This document shows, piece after piece, positions 60,446 to 64,000 of a stretch of DNA of 64,000 nt. Source of the DNA: a virus (Duplodnaviria > Caudoviricetes); IMG/VR virus record IMGVR_UViG_3300001531_000060, positions 9,000 to 72,999 of that record; one strand, given 5' to 3'. A program made the translations under genes and the position numbers. Below the pieces are notes generated by a model. It worked only from the letters and a program-made list of their open reading frames with translations. It was not told the DNA's origin and did no database searches. Within the stretch, counting starts at the first letter, position 1. Every line of letters begins with the position of its first letter.

Positions 60446-60841
60446 ATGCGTAAACCTAAAGAGAAAGTCTTAGATATAAGAATACATTTTGTTCCGGATT
60501 TGGTAGAAAAGCAGAGTGCATATGGTTTGTATTATAGATTGCGCAAAAGCAAGAATGTAACAGATATCTATATAGATACAAACCATGCAAATCAGCTTGA
60601 TGTAATTAATACATTTTATCATGAATTTACACATTTCATAGTAGATGTAGTTTTACAAGAAGATAATTACAGTAAATTTTTTCATGACGTCGATCAAAAT
60701 AAAAAAGTAAATGTAACTTTAGGTGAAGTTGAGAGCTTAGATGAACAAACTAGCGATGATATAAACGAAGAAAAGCTGTGCACTCAGATAGCAAATAAGT
60801 GCACAGCTATTGTTAAAAAGAAGTTGAATATCGTCCCTTGA
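60446..60841 (+). CDS. HExxH metallopeptidase-like protein
   Basis: TFYHEFTHF with downstream NEEKLC. Confidence 0.55.
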   Translation: MRKPKEKVLDIRIHFVPDLVEKQSAYGLYYRLRKSKNVTDIYIDTNHANQLDVINTFYHEFTHFIVDVVLQEDNYSKFFHDVDQNKKVNVTLGEVESLDEQTSDDINEEKLCTQIANKCTAIVKKKLNIVP

Positions 60842-60856
60842 CATTTTTATCATAAT
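60835..60856 (+). promoter_or_regulatory. Putative late promoter
   Basis: CCCTTGACA-TTTTTAT-CATAAT. Confidence 0.7.
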
Positions 60857-60884
60857 TATACTAAATTTAAATAGTGGTGATAGT

Positions 60885-62066
60885 ATGCCTATAAATATAC
60901 AAGAGTTGTTAACTATAAATCCAAGTACAGATCCTGAAAAATGTAATTGTAACCAAGCAGGTCCTTGCTGGATGAATACTGTACAGACAGATGGTTCAGG
61001 TTTGAATCCTGATGGTTCAACAAATGGAACCGGTAAAATTCTTACAGAGGAAGATACAGAAATAACGACACCATCTGATCTTAATTATTCTGGAATTAGT
61101 TTACTTAAGGTTTATCATAAAGAAGGTACTCAATATACTTATGTAGTAGAGTTTCCGAAAGTAAGAACTCCGGAAGGATTTGCAAAGTCATATGAGTTAT
61201 GGGGAAGCCCTTCACCAATATTACCTCAATTATTATTAAGCCAAGGGGATTTTGTTCCTCAAGAAATTGGTAATAATAAGATGAAAGTCGAATTTGATGT
61301 TCCTGTTCCCTATGCAAGCACAGAAATACAGTGGAGTTTTTGGGTACAAGGTTTTCCTTTTGGAAACGGTTTAGGTGGTTTAGTTTCAACAAAAGGTGCT
61401 CATGTTTATAATTCAGAGAGAGATTGGACGATACCTAGTAATCAAAAGATAATAGCTCCGATAAATTATCCTACGACACCGAATGGAAATATAATAGATA
61501 CAGACTATTTAGATTTTGCTATACAGAAAAATCGTGCAGATAAGATGTCGATTTTACAAGCAGACGGTGAAATGTGGGATTTATATTTAAGACGCTGGGA
61601 AGGAATAGCTTGTCCTTATTGTGATCACAGAGGTTCAATAGATGAAGAGAATCCTGATTTAGATTATAATACACATACAAATTGTAACATATGTTTTGGA
61701 ACAGGATTTGTTGGTGGTTATTATAAGAAGATTAGAATAATGGCAAGATATAATTCAAATCCGGCAAGAGTAATAAAACATACACCTCAAGGAATACAGA
61801 CAACACAGCAGTTGCAATCTTGGACTTTGTGGACACCTTTATTAAGATCACATGATTTACTTGTTCAATGTTCTACAGGCGATAGATTTTATATACAAGA
61901 TGTTTCCAGAACATTATTTAAAAGTTATATTATGGACCAGCAGTTTAACAATGCATTGTGTCAAAGAAGTGAGATTGTTTATCATGTTACAGATGAGTCT
62001 ATAGATAATGCTTTTGAATCTTATTATAAAGCAAAAGAAAAACCAGTAGATACAATTTGGGGATAA
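60885..62066 (+). CDS. Probable head-closure/neck protein with Zn finger
   Basis: RRWEGIACPYC..CNICFGTGFVGGY; WT..TPLLRSHDLLV..TGDRFYI. Confidence 0.6.
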   Translation: MPINIQELLTINPSTDPEKCNCNQAGPCWMNTVQTDGSGLNPDGSTNGTGKILTEEDTEITTPSDLNYSGISLLKVYHKEGTQYTYVVEFPKVRTPEGFAKSYELWGSPSPILPQLLLSQGDFVPQEIGNNKMKVEFDVPVPYASTEIQWSFWVQGFPFGNGLGGLVSTKGAHVYNSERDWTIPSNQKIIAPINYPTTPNGNIIDTDYLDFAIQKNRADKMSILQADGEMWDLYLRRWEGIACPYCDHRGSIDEENPDLDYNTHTNCNICFGTGFVGGYYKKIRIMARYNSNPARVIKHTPQGIQTTQQLQSWTLWTPLLRSHDLLVQCSTGDRFYIQDVSRTLFKSYIMDQQFNNALCQRSEIVYHVTDESIDNAFESYYKAKEKPVDTIWG

Positions 62067-62067
62067 T

Positions 62068-63804
62068 ATGTATAATGATTTTTTAAAAAAAATTAACGCA
62101 TATATAGAAGATTATTTTCCATTAAAAGATATAAGTTATAAGTTTGTTATAAAAGATGCTGATGGTAAAGATGTATCCAGTAAAATAGCTGAGATTATCA
62201 GTAGTGGTAAAAAAGTAAGTAATAGTGAAATTCTAAAGTTAATAGCAAATAATGTTTATGCAGCTTTAGCATATATGGCGAAGAAAGATCATGGTGAGAG
62301 AAGACAGCAGATTTTAAGAGAAGTTCCAACTTTAAGTTTAGCTTTTGCTTCTAAGCCAGATCTTAACCTCGCATTACAATATACAATGAATGTGCTTGAT
62401 GGTGATCCAACAGCAGATCCCGAATTTTTTAATTACTTAAAGGATCGTTTAAATCAAGAACCTAAAGATATACCAACATTCATTTGGGTAACAGGATATT
62501 ATGACGGTGATTTGATAAATTCTTTTTGTAAAGCATCTTCAGAAGTACATTCATTTCGTAACGTTTCAGAATTTTTTTCGGCTCTGTATAAATATATAGG
62601 TAAAGAAGGTTTAGAGAGTTTGGTAAAAAGCAATCCTAAAGTTGATTCATTAGTAAAATTGTTACGTGAACAATTATCTGAAGGATCTGGTAATCAACAA
62701 ACTATACCAGATATTAAACAAGATAAAAACATAGAGTCAGATAATACATTACAAGATGAGACAGTTCTTTCATTTTTTAATGAATTAAAAACTTATTTAG
62801 TAGACGATAGTGTTTTAGATATTAAGGAATTAAATAGGAATTCAAATGTAGAAGAAACAGTTAGTGATATATATGATAATGTAAATGCAGATTTCAAGTC
62901 AAGTTTAAAAACATTTGTAAAAGGTAATGCAGATAAAGTTATTAAAATATTGAATACATATACAGATTACGATAATTTAAAAAATTTTGTAGAACAATTA
63001 AAATTAAAAGTAGCAACAGCTAATATTAATAGAGGTAAAAATATGTTTAGATTATCAAAAGCATATACAAGATATTACATTAAGAATATTTTAGCTTATA
63101 AAGTAAAAGCTAATAATACTCCTGAGGCTTTACCTCAAGTAGTAAAAGTAAGTACAGATGAAATACAGGATTTGATGTACGGAGATTCAATAAAACATCC
63201 TGAGAATTTAAGTGAAATTCAAAATCCTGCAGCGAAAGAACAAATTTTTAATGATGTAGAAGATGCGGTAGAGAAAATATCTAAAGGCGATTTACTTGAA
63301 GATGGTGCAGCAGATGGAATGTCAATTGAAGATTTGGCAAAAAAATGGGCACCAATGTATAACATGCAATATGAACAGATGCTTGATACATTAAAAACGC
63401 AAGAGCAAGCAGGTTCTATTGTTGAACAGGAGCATACAGATAATTTAGAGATTGCAAAAGAAATCGCCAGAGATCATCTTGCAGAGGCTCCTGATTATTA
63501 TACACATTTGGAAAATATGGAAACACTATTTCCAGATGAGAATGTTGCAGTTAAGCCTTTGATGGAACCGGAAAACATGGATTTAAAAACAGTAAATCCT
63601 ATACCGGAAGATTCAGATCATGTATGTGACGGTTCTTGTGGCGGTAATTGTAAATGTCATGATAAAGTTCAAACTGTAGAAGATAAGATTCAAGATTTAT
63701 CAGGTGATGGAATTGTAGTTGTTATGGTATCTGATTCACCTGAAGTTACAGAGGAGCAACCTTTAGATTTCATACAACAAATCGCTGCTAAAATTAAGAG
63801 GTAA
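62068..63804 (+). CDS. Hypothetical virion protein (578 aa)
   Basis: N-terminus MYNDFLKKINA; EQEHTD..IAKEIARDHLAE.PDYY motif. Confidence 0.55.
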   Translation: MYNDFLKKINAYIEDYFPLKDISYKFVIKDADGKDVSSKIAEIISSGKKVSNSEILKLIANNVYAALAYMAKKDHGERRQQILREVPTLSLAFASKPDLNLALQYTMNVLDGDPTADPEFFNYLKDRLNQEPKDIPTFIWVTGYYDGDLINSFCKASSEVHSFRNVSEFFSALYKYIGKEGLESLVKSNPKVDSLVKLLREQLSEGSGNQQTIPDIKQDKNIESDNTLQDETVLSFFNELKTYLVDDSVLDIKELNRNSNVEETVSDIYDNVNADFKSSLKTFVKGNADKVIKILNTYTDYDNLKNFVEQLKLKVATANINRGKNMFRLSKAYTRYYIKNILAYKVKANNTPEALPQVVKVSTDEIQDLMYGDSIKHPENLSEIQNPAAKEQIFNDVEDAVEKISKGDLLEDGAADGMSIEDLAKKWAPMYNMQYEQMLDTLKTQEQAGSIVEQEHTDNLEIAKEIARDHLAEAPDYYTHLENMETLFPDENVAVKPLMEPENMDLKTVNPIPEDSDHVCDGSCGGNCKCHDKVQTVEDKIQDLSGDGIVVVMVSDSPEVTEEQPLDFIQQIAAKIKR

Positions 63805-63809
63805 TAATT

Positions 63810-64000
63810 ATGGCAGTAATTAGATATACAAATACGATTAAAGCTCTTTGGGAGAAATATTTAAGAGTTATTTTTAGTTCAGAAGTAACCCCTAAAGAAT
63901 TTAGATATAATGCAGATGAGAGAAAAAGTAGAATTAGAATTTATAAAGAAACACCAAACAGAGTATTTAATGTTCCGATGATTACAATTTCTGCAGGTAG
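63810..64000 (+). CDS. Partial CDS, possible tail-completion protein
   Basis: Hand-translated MAVIRYTNTIKALWEKYL...RIRIYKETPNRVFNVPMITISAG, open to the window end. Confidence 0.45.
   Translation, partial: MAVIRYTNTIKALWEKYLRVIFSSEVTPKEFRYNADERKSRIRIYKETPNRVFNVPMITISAG

Overview
A 64 kb, very AT-rich segment of a large tailed dsDNA phage genome, read in standard code 11. The host cannot be determined from this window. There are three blocks. (1) 1-7612, minus strand: tail-fibre and receptor-binding genes. (2) 8199-26914, plus strand: replication and recombination genes behind canonical sigma70 promoters. These include a RuvC-like nuclease, a dNTP diphosphohydrolase, DnaC-like loader, DnaB, split primase, SSB-like protein, RecA, split SbcC with SbcD, UDG-PolA fusion, GroES/GroEL, a NusG paralog and a tandem-HTH protein. 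(3) 26978-64000, plus strand: terminase with an intein, portal, prohead protease, scaffold, capsid, lysis, neck and many orphan virion proteins. Five free-standing endonuclease genes interrupt these blocks. Main observations: (a) a covarying three-way-junction plus pseudoknot RNA element directly upstream of three different endonuclease genes; (b) seven copies of CCTTGACA-N7-CATAWT, a sigma70-like motif about one helical turn short, found only before morphogenesis genes, with the first copy right after the NusG and tandem-HTH genes; (c) six otherwise unrelated small proteins sharing an MSRWL leader, a candidate capsid-targeting signal; (d) endonuclease insertions that rebuilt the ends of the genes they hit (endolysin N-terminus, RuvC C-terminus). 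All family assignments are from motif recognition by eye; no database searches were run.
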